Sequence record: KX130863
DNA length: 64,000 nucleotides
DNA from: Shigella phage SHSML-45
Reading direction: 5' to 3' (one strand)
Below the pieces are notes generated by a model. The model saw only the letters and a program-made list of their open reading frames with translations. It was not told the origin of the DNA and ran no database searches. Numbering within the stretch: the stretch's first letter is position 1; each line of letters opens with the position of its first letter. This document shows positions 50,131-60,361 of this stretch, in pieces. Position numbers and translations under genes: made by a program.

Positions 50131-50816
50131 CTACGCACCTCATAATGTGTTTCTATGTATTGTTCCACTTCTACTGGAGAAACATTGAAAAACTCTGTAC
50201 TTCCACTAAACCCCCCATAACTGCATCTTTTATTTTTATAGACACTATGTAGGTCAGCTTCGATCTTAGCTGTTTCTTCCTTAGAACCCTTGCCACAAAT
50301 ATAGTAAGATGATACTCTCAGATCTTTAAAACCACTACAAGACTTAACTTCTAGAAGTCTTTTCTGCACACTCTTACTTATACCTATTTTTATGCCTTTA
50401 TCTGAAACAAATATGTATAAAAATCCTTGTGTATCCCAAGCTGTTTTGGCACAATTTGGGCACCCACTATGGTGTAAAACGTGGTTAGTGGTTGTCTCCC
50501 ACTGATGGGAACATGTATTACATAAAAACTTTAGCTTAGAAGTAGAATTAGTATATTCACTTAGTAATACGATTTTTCTAGGACTGAGGAGTGAGTTAAT
50601 CCTGTCTTTGGTTAACTTTTCATTGCCTGCACATTTTGGGCATCCTCTACCTTTATTTCTGACATTTGTAGGGGCTGTTAACCATGTATTAGAGCATATA
50701 AGACACTTAAATTGTGTCTTTGTCTTATTATGTTCATATTCCCCTACTAATCTTACTGTCCTACCTTGAGCTTCTAAATCTTTATTAAAGATTTCTTTAT
50801 TTATTTTTACGCTCAT
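50118..50816 (-). CDS. putative homing-endonuclease-like protein, T5orf172/GIY-YIG-related, with zinc ribbons (232 aa)
   Basis: CPKC and CPNC zinc-ribbon motifs, GFLYIF...KIGIS core, C-terminal GSTEFFNV; paralog of 19294-19968. Confidence 0.5.
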   Translation of the reverse strand: MSVKINKEIFNKDLEAQGRTVRLVGEYEHNKTKTQFKCLICSNTWLTAPTNVRNKGRGCPKCAGNEKLTKDRINSLLSPRKIVLLSEYTNSTSKLKFLCNTCSHQWETTTNHVLHHSGCPNCAKTAWDTQGFLYIFVSDKGIKIGISKSVQKRLLEVKSCSGFKDLRVSSYYICGKGSKEETAKIEADLHSVYKNKRCSYGGFSGSTEFFNVSPVEVEQYIETHYEVRRCTK

Positions 50817-51222
50817 CCCTACAGTACTCCAAGCTACCAGAAAGACATGCTAATCTTTCCTCGAATTCCTTACTCTGCTTTTTAGCAATTAATGTAACCA
50901 ATCCAGGCTTTGCAGCTATAATATCTTGACGACTAAGTGCTTTATCAAGCTGATTAATTTTCTTGTCTAGATCTGCTTGCGAAACATTATTCATTGTGAA
51001 ATACTGATTCATTCGAGTCTCACGAAGTTCACTCTCAGCCCTCACATTATTAAGGGAAGTTTCTAGAGAAGAGATCTTTTTAGTAGCTACTGCAAGATCA
51101 CCTGCTAGAGTCTCAACCTTATTAACTAAGTGATAAGCACCGAATCCGATGCCTATCGCCAAACCAGCTCCCAGGATATACCACTTACCTTGCCATAGAG
51201 AACTAATAAAGTTTTTTATCAT
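50797..51222 (-). CDS. membrane-anchored coiled-coil protein, spanin-like (141 aa)
   Basis: N-terminal TM helix (WYILGAGLAIGIGFGAY) followed by a long charged helical region. Confidence 0.4.
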   Translation of the reverse strand: MIKNFISSLWQGKWYILGAGLAIGIGFGAYHLVNKVETLAGDLAVATKKISSLETSLNNVRAESELRETRMNQYFTMNNVSQADLDKKINQLDKALSRQDIIAAKPGLVTLIAKKQSKEFEERLACLSGSLEYCRDERKNK

Positions 51223-51899
51223 CTTTTCATATTCCTGAATGACGTAACCGTATCAAATCCATGTGCTGCTAGGCGGTCTTTATCAGAAATGGTAATAATA
51301 TCTGGTTCTCCTGTTCCAAGTACGCCCCAGATATATTGTTCAATTCTCTGGTGTAATCGGTATAAGTTGCTTTCAACTTCCTGCCACGGAATACCTGATA
51401 GATGTAGGCGTGGGTTAGTTATAACCTTGAAATACTTATTACTATCTTTATCATTTGGAACTACTGAGTCTAGAACCGCTAAAGGTACTCTTAACTCAGC
51501 TAAGGCTTCTTCAGCTTTAGAGGTAACTTCTTCTTGCCAGGATAGAATAGATTCTTTTGGCTTTCCTCTATTTATATCTAGTAGAGAAAATCCCGTTGAC
51601 CATCCATTCTCTTTCAAAACTTCTAATGCTTTGTCTAGGTTGAAAGTTTTTACTTGAGTATCCAATACATCAATATGGTACATCCAGTAAATCTCTCCTG
51701 CTAGGAAAAACGGTAGAATTTTAAAGTAGCCTTTCTTTTCACCAACACGAGCAATCATACGTTCTTGCATAATCATGTAGTTGCCATCATCTGGAGCCTT
51801 TATTGTTAGCTCTTCAGTTTTACGCTCCCAAGCACGATCGGGGTCAAACAAGCTGTTCTGCAAATCGTATACATCTGCCCATTTACTAATAATTCTCAT
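51219..51899 (-). CDS. hypothetical protein (226 aa)
   Basis: ORF start-stop coupled to neighbours. Confidence 0.45.
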   Translation of the reverse strand: MRIISKWADVYDLQNSLFDPDRAWERKTEELTIKAPDDGNYMIMQERMIARVGEKKGYFKILPFFLAGEIYWMYHIDVLDTQVKTFNLDKALEVLKENGWSTGFSLLDINRGKPKESILSWQEEVTSKAEEALAELRVPLAVLDSVVPNDKDSNKYFKVITNPRLHLSGIPWQEVESNLYRLHQRIEQYIWGVLGTGEPDIITISDKDRLAAHGFDTVTSFRNMKR

Positions 51900-51902
51900 A
51901 GT

Positions 51903-52418
51903 TTATCCTCTAAATCCCTCGTAAATAGCAAATTCACCAAAATACTCGAATCTTAACTCATTAGCAGTTTCTACTGCTTCTTTAAGATCACTAAAGATTC
52001 CGCCATAGATTGTTTTTCTATCTTTAGTAACAGAAACTTGCCACTTATTAGCTCTTTTATTCCAACTTACATTTTTGTAACCTGAAGTATTATTAGAGTA
52101 CTTTGACTTATTGGCATTATTCTGTGATTCAGTAGACTCCCTCAAGTTATCCCAAACATTATTTGTTGGGTTAATATCTTTATGGTCTATGTTTTCTGGT
52201 ATATAACCTTTCTTATATAGAAAGGCTAACTGATGAGCATAGTAAGGTTTTCCATCAATTCTTATAGAAATATACCCATTGGATTTTCCACCAGCTAAAC
52301 ATCCAGCATGTCTGGCATTCCATGCATTATCTAACTCTTTTCTGAACTTCCACCTAAAATTTCCAATATGTTCATCATACTCCAGAATACTTTTTAGGTA
52401 TTCTTGTGTTAATTCCAT
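51903..52418 (-). CDS. HNH homing endonuclease (171 aa)
   Basis: Motif AHQLAFLYKKGYIPENIDHKDINPTNNVWDNLRES. Confidence 0.7.
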   Translation of the reverse strand: MELTQEYLKSILEYDEHIGNFRWKFRKELDNAWNARHAGCLAGGKSNGYISIRIDGKPYYAHQLAFLYKKGYIPENIDHKDINPTNNVWDNLRESTESQNNANKSKYSNNTSGYKNVSWNKRANKWQVSVTKDRKTIYGGIFSDLKEAVETANELRFEYFGEFAIYEGFRG

Positions 52419-52568
52419 AATATAATTGATCCTTTTGCCTCAATCTATAAACATATTATACAATACTTGTGGCATCTGAGCAACTGAAATTTTATTACAA
52501 AAATAGCCCAGTCGCAAAATTGCAGGCTGGGCTTTGTCATTATTATTCTTGCTAGGAGGTGATTATCA

Positions 52569-52958
52569 TCACTCTTGTTTACTTAATTCTCTAGCACGAC
52601 GTAGCGATCCAGCGGTTCTCCATAGTTTAATGTCGTCAACAACTTCTTTGTAGGGAGCAATAGTAAGACCTAGCGGCCCCGCTACCAACAGTCCAAAGAA
52701 ACCAATTACACGCATGTAAAGCAAGCATTCTTTGGGAGTCATTGACTGGACAGCCTGTCTTTCCTCAGCACTGTCGAACTCGTGTTCTTGATAGTCTAAA
52801 CGTAGGTACTTAATAAACCATTCAGCAGAATATTCATCCAGATGACGAATAACTGCAATAGCATAGCCTAAACCAATAATAAACCATGCTGCTACAATGA
52901 ATAAAATAAAGCTCATGATATCTCCAGTTAAAGTTGAGGTCAGCGACCAACTCACCAC
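52569..52958 (-). CDS. membrane protein (129 aa)
   Basis: Two hydrophobic helices. Confidence 0.4.
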   Translation of the reverse strand: MVSWSLTSTLTGDIMSFILFIVAAWFIIGLGYAIAVIRHLDEYSAEWFIKYLRLDYQEHEFDSAEERQAVQSMTPKECLLYMRVIGFFGLLVAGPLGLTIAPYKEVVDDIKLWRTAGSLRRARELSKQE

Positions 52959-54264
52959 TTACCGCACTAAGGGGCACGACTCCCTTATCCGTAACAGTTG
53001 CAGGTGACGCAACTCGGTCCTACGCGAGTTCTTTACTTGCTCTGCATTTCAGCGCGAAACTTTTTCATCTTACGAGTTTTACGGAAGAAGAAGTAAGTAG
53101 CTACTGGCCCGAACAAGGTGTCCATGATAAGCATACCTGACATAATGAATTTGAACATCTTTTCATCGTCAAATTCTGCTAATTCTGGTGGACGATATTT
53201 GTTTATAACATAAAGAATAACATCTTTATTTTTAGAGATATACAGATCATCAATCAGGCTGTAAATCGCGACAACTGCACCAATAACAAACCACAAAGCA
53301 AATGGAGAGATAATCATTTAAGATCCTTTTCATCAATTAGAATAGTAACAAACAATGGTACACAACCTGGGCACAAATCTTTACCAAACTTTTCCATCAC
53401 ATCCCAAAGTGGTAAAGTAATCACACCATTCTTAACTCTAGGATCTGTATACTCAGCTATTCGTTTATTTGCAAAATCAGTAGCTAAATCTGAGTTATGC
53501 TCGTAGCTATAATCAGTCCAGAATTTAACATGATCCTTTCTAAGATATTCTAGTACAGCATCAGTTGCTGGAATCTGTACTAGACTGTTGAGATTTAGCT
53601 CTTTCACGTTCTTCTCTCCGACGTTTGCGTTCTTTCATCATGTAAGCTGCTACAACTTCATGGTAGTAGTCGTTAATGTTACCTTCAGGCAAGAAATGCT
53701 TAATCGTTTCTAGCTGGCAGACAACACGGTAAAGATGTTTATTTGGTAAACATAATTTCATGCCCATAACAAATCCAGAGAAGCCTGGAACACTGAACAT
53801 GGGTTGGGCTTCTACGTTGCCCTCTGGATTGATACTAAGTTCAATCGAGATGCCCATTTTCATGCTATAAAGCTGACAGCCTTCACCATTGCCAAATCTT
53901 GACCAAACAGTGAAGTCCTCATCTATCTGATCTTGGATTTCTTCGACTGCATGTTTAATTCTAGGGTCTAAATTACTCATCTTCACCTTCAAAGCCGCAG
54001 TCATAACGGCAAGTAAAAGAATCAGAACTATTAGTACGTTGAGTAGTGATTTCACCACGTTTACTAACAGTAATAGCCGGAGTAGAGAAGTTTTTATTAG
54101 TATAGATTTCTACTTTGCCATTACGTTCTTTAACATCACGTACTTTACCATATTCGGTGGTAATGCCGTTCTGTTGTATCCTAACACTACCATTTTTCAT
54201 AGAAACTTTGGTAGATGCCAGAGAACCGAAACTAACTGCTGAGATTACTAGAGCAATAATAAAC

Positions 54265-54546
54265 TTATTCATCTTCATCGTCCTCTTTACAGTCACGGCA
54301 TACATCATAATCATTGAAAGAATGTTCGTGAGCTTCACACCACCAAGAACAAGAATCGCACAAGAAAATTTCTGTTTTCTCTATTGACTGTCCAAGCAGT
54401 TCGTCTGCTTCATCTTCTGTGATTTTCAAACTACAAACATCAGCAACACGTTTAACAATCATTTTACCTGCTTCATGATAAGACATACAAGTCCCAACAA
54501 CATCATGCTCAAGTACATGAACAGCACAGTCTAAGTGAGTTTTCAT
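54265..54546 (-). CDS. Cys-rich small protein (93 aa)
   Basis: CDSCSWWCEAHEH...CRDCKE paired-cysteine motifs. Confidence 0.4.
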   Translation of the reverse strand: MKTHLDCAVHVLEHDVVGTCMSYHEAGKMIVKRVADVCSLKITEDEADELLGQSIEKTEIFLCDSCSWWCEAHEHSFNDYDVCRDCKEDDEDE

Positions 54547-54623
54547 TTCAAAGCCCTCTCTATCAATTTATATAAATATTATATCAATAAAGAGGCTCTT
54601 TAGCAAATGAATTATTTACGAAA

Positions 54624-54971
54624 TTAGTCGTAGCACCACCATAAACCACGCTTACGCATGTCATGGTCGCGATTATAATCATAATTTTCTGGATCTTTCA
54701 TCACGCGGTGGAGTTCTTGACGATTCCCTTGACGAACCATTTTATTAGAATGCCACTTAACATTCTTACTAATAGAATTCCAGTTATAACCATCCTTTTT
54801 CTCATTACGAATGGTTGCTTCCTTCATTTCTTTTTTGATGTCGTCCCAAGATTTGGCATAAGTAACACGAATGTAGTAGCCACTTGCTTTGAGGAAAGTA
54901 TATCCCTGGGTGTAATTAGCTTTAGACTTCCACCACTGATCACCAGTTTGTCTACGATAAGTACGGCTCAT
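54624..54971 (-). CDS. hypothetical basic protein (115 aa)
   Basis: ORF, Arg/Lys/Trp-rich. Confidence 0.4.
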   Translation of the reverse strand: MSRTYRRQTGDQWWKSKANYTQGYTFLKASGYYIRVTYAKSWDDIKKEMKEATIRNEKKDGYNWNSISKNVKWHSNKMVRQGNRQELHRVMKDPENYDYNRDHDMRKRGLWWCYD

Positions 54972-55092
54972 ATTACCTCCATTAAGTCTTTTAAATTAAC
55001 CTAATGTGGATGAATTTTATTATACATAAACTATTTTCCTGTACACAGAAAAACCCCAGACTACTTATTCAATAGCTGGGGTTTGTTATTAA

Positions 55093-55407
55093 TTACAGAT
55101 CGGGGCGTTCATCTTCGAAACAGCCTGAGCTAATTCCTTCTCCGAATCCTACAAAGCCATCAAATTCGTCATTTGAGATGCCCATAATCATTGCTTCCAT
55201 TTTCCTAATCTCCGAGATTTTCATGCCTGCTTTACTATTCTTATAGTACTTGCGAGGGTTCCCACACATCCAACAAGAACAGATGCAAGGAGTAGTAGTG
55301 ATAATACCTAACCGTTTAGGGCTTTCTTCATGTGGGAAGACTGTCCAATACTTTTTGCGATTGTTCTTCACACGTTGCCGGTGATGGCGTCTCAATGCTC
55401 GATCCAC
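55093..55407 (-). CDS. small zinc-ribbon protein (104 aa)
   Basis: CICSCWMCGNPRK motif. Confidence 0.4.
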   Translation of the reverse strand: MDRALRRHHRQRVKNNRKKYWTVFPHEESPKRLGIITTTPCICSCWMCGNPRKYYKNSKAGMKISEIRKMEAMIMGISNDEFDGFVGFGEGISSGCFEDERPDL

Positions 55408-55488
55408 ACATTTCTCCTAAAACTTGGGAGATAAATGGAGTTTGCTCGACTACCTTGCGTAGCTGGGAGAAATCGTATCCAAACCCCA

Positions 55489-55857
55489 TTACATCGCCTG
55501 AGTAAATGTACGACTAATAACGTCGTTCTGTTGTTCACGAGTCAGTGCGTTAAAACGTACAGCGTACCCTGAAACACGGATAGTTAATTGAGGGTATTTT
55601 TCAGGATGTTTCTGTGCATCCAAAAGCTGATCACGACTTAACACATTGACATTTAGGTGCTGACCTCCCTCGATTTGAGGAACTACTTCCACCTTGACTT
55701 CACGGAAGGATTCGGGGTCAAAATGTGGTGTGATACCTTCTAGATCCTCAACCAGAACTTTTTGTTTAAGTTCACCATCTTTAGAGTACAGTTGAATAAT
55801 CTGATTATCATGAACAAGATTAATTACGCCAGACTTAAGATTTTGATATGCTTTCAT
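55489..55857 (-). CDS. grcA: autonomous glycyl radical cofactor GrcA-like (about 122 aa)
   Basis: C-terminus [57 protein letters not shown] closely matches recalled E. coli GrcA/YfiD including the RVSGY glycyl radical motif; AGGAG RBS before ATG at 55857; the track ORF extends into the adjacent tRNA. Confidence 0.8.
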   Translation of the reverse strand: MKAYQNLKSGVINLVHDNQIIQLYSKDGELKQKVLVEDLEGITPHFDPESFREVKVEVVPQIEGGQHLNVNVLSRDQLLDAQKHPEKYPQLTIRVSGYAVRFNALTREQQNDVISRTFTQAM

Positions 55858-55870
55858 TAGCTCTCCTGTT

Positions 55871-55946
55871 TGGTAGTTAGTAGTGGATTTGAACCACTGT
55901 AGTCGCTCCGTATGAAGGAGGTGCATAACCACTCTGCCAACTAACT
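55871..55946 (-). tRNA. tRNA, anticodon CAU (Met or Ile2)
   Basis: Cloverleaf read manually: 7-bp acceptor stem, T-arm AGTGG-TTCAAAT-CCACT, anticodon loop TTCATAC, encoded CCA. Confidence 0.7.
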
Positions 55947-56042
55947 ATTATGTTTTACTAGGCTAAGTAAGTATTCTTTATACTCTTTAGACCAACTAGC
56001 TTTTTTAAACTTTCCTGGACGCATAGCCTTAATTCCTAGATT

Positions 56043-56119
56043 TGGTACTCCGGGAGGGATTTAAACCCCCGATCTCTCGGTTATCAGCCGAGTGCTTTAG
56101 ATCGCTAAGCTACCGAAGC
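56043..56119 (-). tRNA. tRNA-Ile (GAU)
   Basis: Anticodon arm CTCGG-CTGATAA-CCGAG; T-arm with TTTAAAT loop; acceptor stem with two G-U pairs; encoded CCA. Confidence 0.6.
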
Positions 56120-56134
56120 ATTAAAATATTTACA

Positions 56135-56425
56135 TCACACACTGTCTAAGTAAGAAGTATAGTGGAATTTAGTTTCTCCAGTATTATCTACTTCTACCTC
56201 AGTTCGTGGTACTTGACGAACCACACCATGAATCATCTTATATCGGATGCCTCTAGCTGGTTCATGATCTTTTGGAAATACTTGTTTAACCGTCACTACT
56301 TTATATTCTTCACGCGGTGTTAGCACTACTACTTGATCACCCTCTTTGATTTTCCAAGAAGATGGAAATTCATAGGTGTATCTTTGACCACCGGTAAGGA
56401 ATATAACAGAAAGATAACGTTTCAT
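56135..56425 (-). CDS. hypothetical protein (96 aa)
   Basis: ORF between tRNA genes. Confidence 0.4.
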   Translation of the reverse strand: MKRYLSVIFLTGGQRYTYEFPSSWKIKEGDQVVVLTPREEYKVVTVKQVFPKDHEPARGIRYKMIHGVVRQVPRTEVEVDNTGETKFHYTSYLDSV

Positions 56426-56502
56426 TTGGTTTCCCTCTCATTAATTTATATAAATATTATAGCAATAAATAAGAGAGAAAGCAAATGAGTTTTTCTTGAA
56501 AT

Positions 56503-56578
56503 TGGTAGCGGGTTCCAGTACTGCCCTGGACTTACTTAGCTTATGAGACTAAGAAGAACTCTATGCCTCCCACCCGCA
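56503..56578 (-). tRNA. tRNA-like, anticodon CAU, atypical T-loop
   Basis: 76 nt fitting standard cloverleaf positions: anticodon arm TTAGT-CTCATAA-GCTAA, T-stem TCCAG/CTGGA with non-canonical loop GGCAGTA, one acceptor mismatch, encoded CCA. Confidence 0.45.
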
Positions 56579-56831
56579 ATTGTTTGGTCATTCTAGGCAG
56601 GACTCGAACCTGCTATCACTTGTGCGGACTTACGAGAACCATTCTTTCACTCGAATCGAACGAGCTTCTGCCCTCGCCAAGTTGGTTTCCCCATCAACCA
56701 CGCTAGAATGTTAGATTGTTTTCAGTGCAAGAGTCCGAGTCTTGGACACGACCGCTTCGCAAGTACATAGGCAGCTTATCATGAGTCAGCACTTCCGAAT
56801 TGCTAGCTCCGTGTTCTGCACTGAAATTCTG

Positions 56832-57179
56832 TTAGTTTAATCGTAAAGTATTATCTACTTCACCATTAATTGTTCGGCATTCCTCTGGGATTGCCGGGGT
56901 GGCCTTGTATTCCCACCACTCAGCACCATCATATTCCCCACGTTCTAGCCAAGTTCCATCGGCAAACCATACATTACCATAAAGTAATTGTCCACCGTAT
57001 CCAGAATCATATTCAAAGTCTAGGTTATTAAGAAAATCCTCAATGTATTCTTCTGTATAACCTAAAGGTAATACCCAAACTTTTTTATCCCCATAATACC
57101 CGAATTCTATTTTAATACACTTAACTTTAGAATTGGTATTTTTTAAGGCGAGTAACAGCTCTTCTTTAGCATTACGCAT
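56832..57179 (-). CDS. hypothetical protein (115 aa)
   Basis: ORF between tRNA genes. Confidence 0.4.
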   Translation of the reverse strand: MRNAKEELLLALKNTNSKVKCIKIEFGYYGDKKVWVLPLGYTEEYIEDFLNNLDFEYDSGYGGQLLYGNVWFADGTWLERGEYDGAEWWEYKATPAIPEECRTINGEVDNTLRLN

Positions 57180-57204
57180 AGTATATTCTCATACTGAATT
57201 ATTT

Positions 57205-57281
57205 TGGCGCGACCGATGGGATTTGAACCCACATTCCCTCCCGTGACAGGGGAGTACCATTACCAAGCCAGCCCCGGTCGC
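57205..57281 (-). tRNA. tRNA-Asp (GUC)
   Basis: Acceptor GCGACCG/CGGTCGC, anticodon arm CTCCC-CTGTCAC-GGGAG, T-loop TTCAAAT, encoded CCA. Confidence 0.75.
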
Positions 57282-57578
57282 ATAATTTATTTACTCAGCT
57301 TTGAGTTTTTCAATAGCTGCATTAAGTTCTTTAAGAAACTCTTTTCGTACATTAAGACGATTGAGACTTACTAGTATATCATGTTTAAGTTCTTCGATGT
57401 ATTTCTTCTCAACTTCAATATTGTTGATAGTGCTATCACGATGAACTTCTAGCTGCGCAATCACATTCTTGGACATGCTTGTTTCCTCAGTTATTAATGA
57501 AAATGGTATCTGTGGCTGAATTCGATGTCAGCAATGATAGCTGGTTGGCTACCGGTTTACTTAACTCTACACAGAATT

Positions 57579-57661
57579 TGGCGGGCCGTGTAGGATTCGA
57601 ACCTACGTTGTCTTTCGACACGGATTAACAATCCGCCGCCAAACCGCTTGGCTAACGACCC
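57579..57661 (-). tRNA. tRNA with anticodon GUU (Asn) and unusually long variable region
   Basis: Anticodon arm GCGGA-TTGTTAA-TCCGT, T-arm GTAGG-TTCGAAT-CCTAC, encoded CCA; 83 nt with a 13-nt variable segment GTCGAAAGACAAC. Confidence 0.55.
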
Positions 57662-57813
57662 TAAATTTATATTGCTGACTAGGATTTTCACCTAGACGGA
57701 GTTAGCACCGTAGCGTGTAGCGGCATACCTCTCCAAACCGTGCCTCATCTTTCAATTACGGAGACAGTGTTCCTACGCGTGCCTGAATTGATTTAACAAT
57801 TCTTTCAGCAAAT

Positions 57814-57889
57814 TGGACGACCGCATGAGATTTGAACTCACATAAAAAGGATTTGCAATCCTTCGCCTAAGCCATTCAGCCAACGGTCG
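57814..57889 (-). tRNA. tRNA-Cys (GCA)
   Basis: Anticodon arm AAGGA-TTGCAAA-TCCTT, T-arm GTGAG-TTCAAAT-CTCAT, encoded CCA. Confidence 0.7.
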
Positions 57890-58406
57890 ATCTATCTTGT
57901 TTTTCGAGATCTTCAAATTCTAGATCATTGAAGTTCCCTAGAGTACGGGTGTAGAACCTATCTCCTGAGTCATAGCCTGATTTACCACAATCATACATTT
58001 TAAATTCACGAAGAGGTGTGAAAATGTGTTCAGAACCACAACACTTAAATCTAACTAATCGTTTCATTAGCTTCTCCAGTTCAATTTATGTAATTATTAT
58101 ATAGAACTTTTGGAAACTAAGCGACTACATTTTTTAAGAATTTGATGCCTTTCTTTTTCTTCTTATATTTCCACGTTAATGGATTTTGTCGATTATGAGC
58201 GCTTGAGATCTTTGTCTCGTCAAAGTTCTTCAATATCATGTAATCACAGGATAATTGTTCTAGTGGAATGTGATCACCGTCAAAAGCGTATACATAAGGC
58301 TGTTGACTAGCACGATAATGATAGACTTTGTTAATTCTACGTTTCAGCGACTTATCCGCGCAGTAAATAAAGAAGTTTTCAGGATGCATCAGCATCTACT
58401 TCAATT

Positions 58407-58490
58407 TGGTGCATCGTGATGGATTTGAACCACCAACCCCGAAGGGCACGGATTTACAGACCGCTGCAATAGACATTCTGCCAACGATGC
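58407..58490 (-). tRNA. tRNA, probable Tyr (GUA), class II with long variable arm
   Basis: Acceptor GCATCGT/ACGATGC, T-arm GGTGG-TTCAAAT-CCATC, anticodon loop CTGTAAA, ~15-nt variable arm; anticodon stem imperfect. Confidence 0.5.
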
Positions 58491-59366
58491 ACATTTAAAA
58501 GTATTCAAATACTAGTTTAAACACTTTTAAATATGTTTCCAAATTAGATAACTATTATACCAAGTTTTAAGGCACTGAGCAAGTCAAATTTCGAAGAACT
58601 TGCTCAGTGCTGTATTAGTTAGTCGAACTTAGGAGTGACAGTTAAGGAGAACGGAAGTTCAAAAACTTCTTCCCCCTCATTACTAACTGTAACTACACGA
58701 CCTTTAAGTTCAGACATTAAAATATCAATATCAGCTTTTGCATCTGGAGCCATGCCAGCTTCAACACATTTAGCTTTAACTTCCGGAAGGAGTTCTACAT
58801 CGTAGAAATAAAGCCATTCAATCTCACCTTCCCAGCCTTCCCAGGATTTACAGATTGCACTTTCAATACCAGTTGCTATAACACGATTTTGCATTCGTTA
58901 ACTCCTTCATCAATTTATATAACTATTATATCAGAAATTTAAAGTAAAAGGCAAGTACATTTTTAAAAATTCTATTCGGAGGAGCTAAACTCCAGATTCT
59001 TCGGCCAAGTCTAGACTAATAAGAGTTATAGCCATAATTGCCGCACCATGTTCTTTTTCCCCGGTGTTTTTAGCAGAGTCTATAATATCCTTAATCTGTT
59101 CGTAATAACTTTTTACTTCTTGTTCAATACCTGCCTCGGCTATCATGCCTTTAGTCATGATTCGTTGCATAGTAATTTCACGGTTAGCCATGATGTTTCT
59201 CCAGCTTCATTTTTAATAGTTTACAAATGAAGTCAACGTCTTCATCTGTGCCTAGATCTCTATCTTCAAGAGTTGCCTTGAAGTTTTTCGTTAGTTCCAT
59301 AAGAACTACTTCTCTAGAACGACGTGTTGGCGGGGGTGGATGTCTATACATCTTATTTCCTTAATT

Positions 59367-59441
59367 TGGTGGGTCGGAGGAGAATCTAACTCCTACTCGT
59401 TAGCTTATGAGGCCACCGCTTTAACTTTAAGCTACCGACCC
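59367..59441 (-). tRNA. tRNA, anticodon CAU (Met or Ile2)
   Basis: Acceptor GGGTCGG/CCGACCC, D-arm GCTT-AAAGTTA-AAGC, anticodon loop CTCATAA, T-arm AGGAG-TTAGATT-CTCCT, encoded CCA. Confidence 0.55.
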
Positions 59442-59447
59442 TATGTT

Positions 59448-59536
59448 TGGCGGAAGAAGGGGGAATCGAACCCACAAGGCTATATTTCAAACCGACAGAT
59501 TAGCAATCTGCTGCAATACCGTTATGCTATTCTTCC
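59448..59536 (-). tRNA. tRNA-Ser (GCU), class II
   Basis: Acceptor GGAAGAA/TTCTTCC, anticodon arm GCAGA-TTGCTAA-TCTGT, long variable arm, T-loop TTCGATT, encoded CCA; 89 nt. Confidence 0.65.
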
Positions 59537-59557
59537 GAATTTATAAGATATATTATA

Positions 59558-60076
59558 TTAGAAATTTAGCTTCATGGCAAGAAAATTTTTCAAGTTTTCG
59601 GTAGACATCTCATCCACATCTATAGGAGAAACAAACCCATTTAATTGTCTAGCAAACTTTTCGCCAGCAGGATCATTATCCCCAACAGCTACCAATTTAA
59701 AAGGTAGTAATTTCAATTGCTTTAATAGCGGTTTTCCTGGAGAAGAACCCAACATTGCTAGAGCAGGATACCCAGCATTATGTAATGCTACAGCCTTAAA
59801 TACAGATTCAGCAATTAATACTACTTTTTCATCCCCATTGAGAGTTTCTAGTCCCCATACACACTGTGTAGTAGAATAAGTAAAATATCTAGCTTCAAAG
59901 GGGCACTTACCATGACCTTTTGGAGCAGAAGGATTATAAGTCTGATAGCCTCTCAACATTCCAGAGAAGTCATACAATGGGACTGTTAGCCATCCTTCTG
60001 GGCTTAACCAGCAGTGATATTTATCTGTATCAAACCCTCTAGATAAGAGATGTTCTGTTAGTTCATCAATAGTCAT
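59558..60076 (-). CDS. Toprim-domain protein (about 172 aa from internal start)
   Basis: Toprim-like signature: conserved Glu in VVLIAESVFKAVAL and DxD in LVAVGDNDPAGEKFARQL; GAGAGG RBS before ATG at 60076. Confidence 0.5.
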   Translation of the reverse strand: MTIDELTEHLLSRGFDTDKYHCWLSPEGWLTVPLYDFSGMLRGYQTYNPSAPKGHGKCPFEARYFTYSTTQCVWGLETLNGDEKVVLIAESVFKAVALHNAGYPALAMLGSSPGKPLLKQLKLLPFKLVAVGDNDPAGEKFARQLNGFVSPIDVDEMSTENLKNFLAMKLNF

Positions 60077-60361
60077 ACTAGATTCCTCTCTCAAATTTAT
60101 AAATATATTATGCAGAGAATTTAGCATTCAAGCAATTGAATTTTTTAACTTTTTAGAGGAAAATCACAGGATGCTTAAGGGTAGCAGGTAAGTGGGTAGA
60201 CCCCAAAATTGTTATCCCCACTTGATTTTCAATGTGATATAGTGTAAAGTATTTGTCATAGCTGAGTGACCAAAGAGACACACTTATCCTCTACCTTAAA
60301 ACAGAAAAGCCCTGCGCTCTCCAGGGAACACAGGGCTTACTTCGAATATTACGTGTGGGAA

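Noticed and set aside
55858-55932. N-terminal 25-codon extension of the GrcA-like ORF
   Set aside because: The extension overlaps the CAU tRNA gene at 55871-55946; an internal ATG at 55857 with a good RBS gives a GrcA-sized product.
57504-57811. Two further tRNA-like stretches (about 57504-57576 and 57672-57811)
   Set aside because: Each has a T-arm-like hairpin and possible acceptor pairing, but an 8-nt T-loop or an implausible 140-nt span; could not be folded convincingly by hand and are left for covariance-model scanning.
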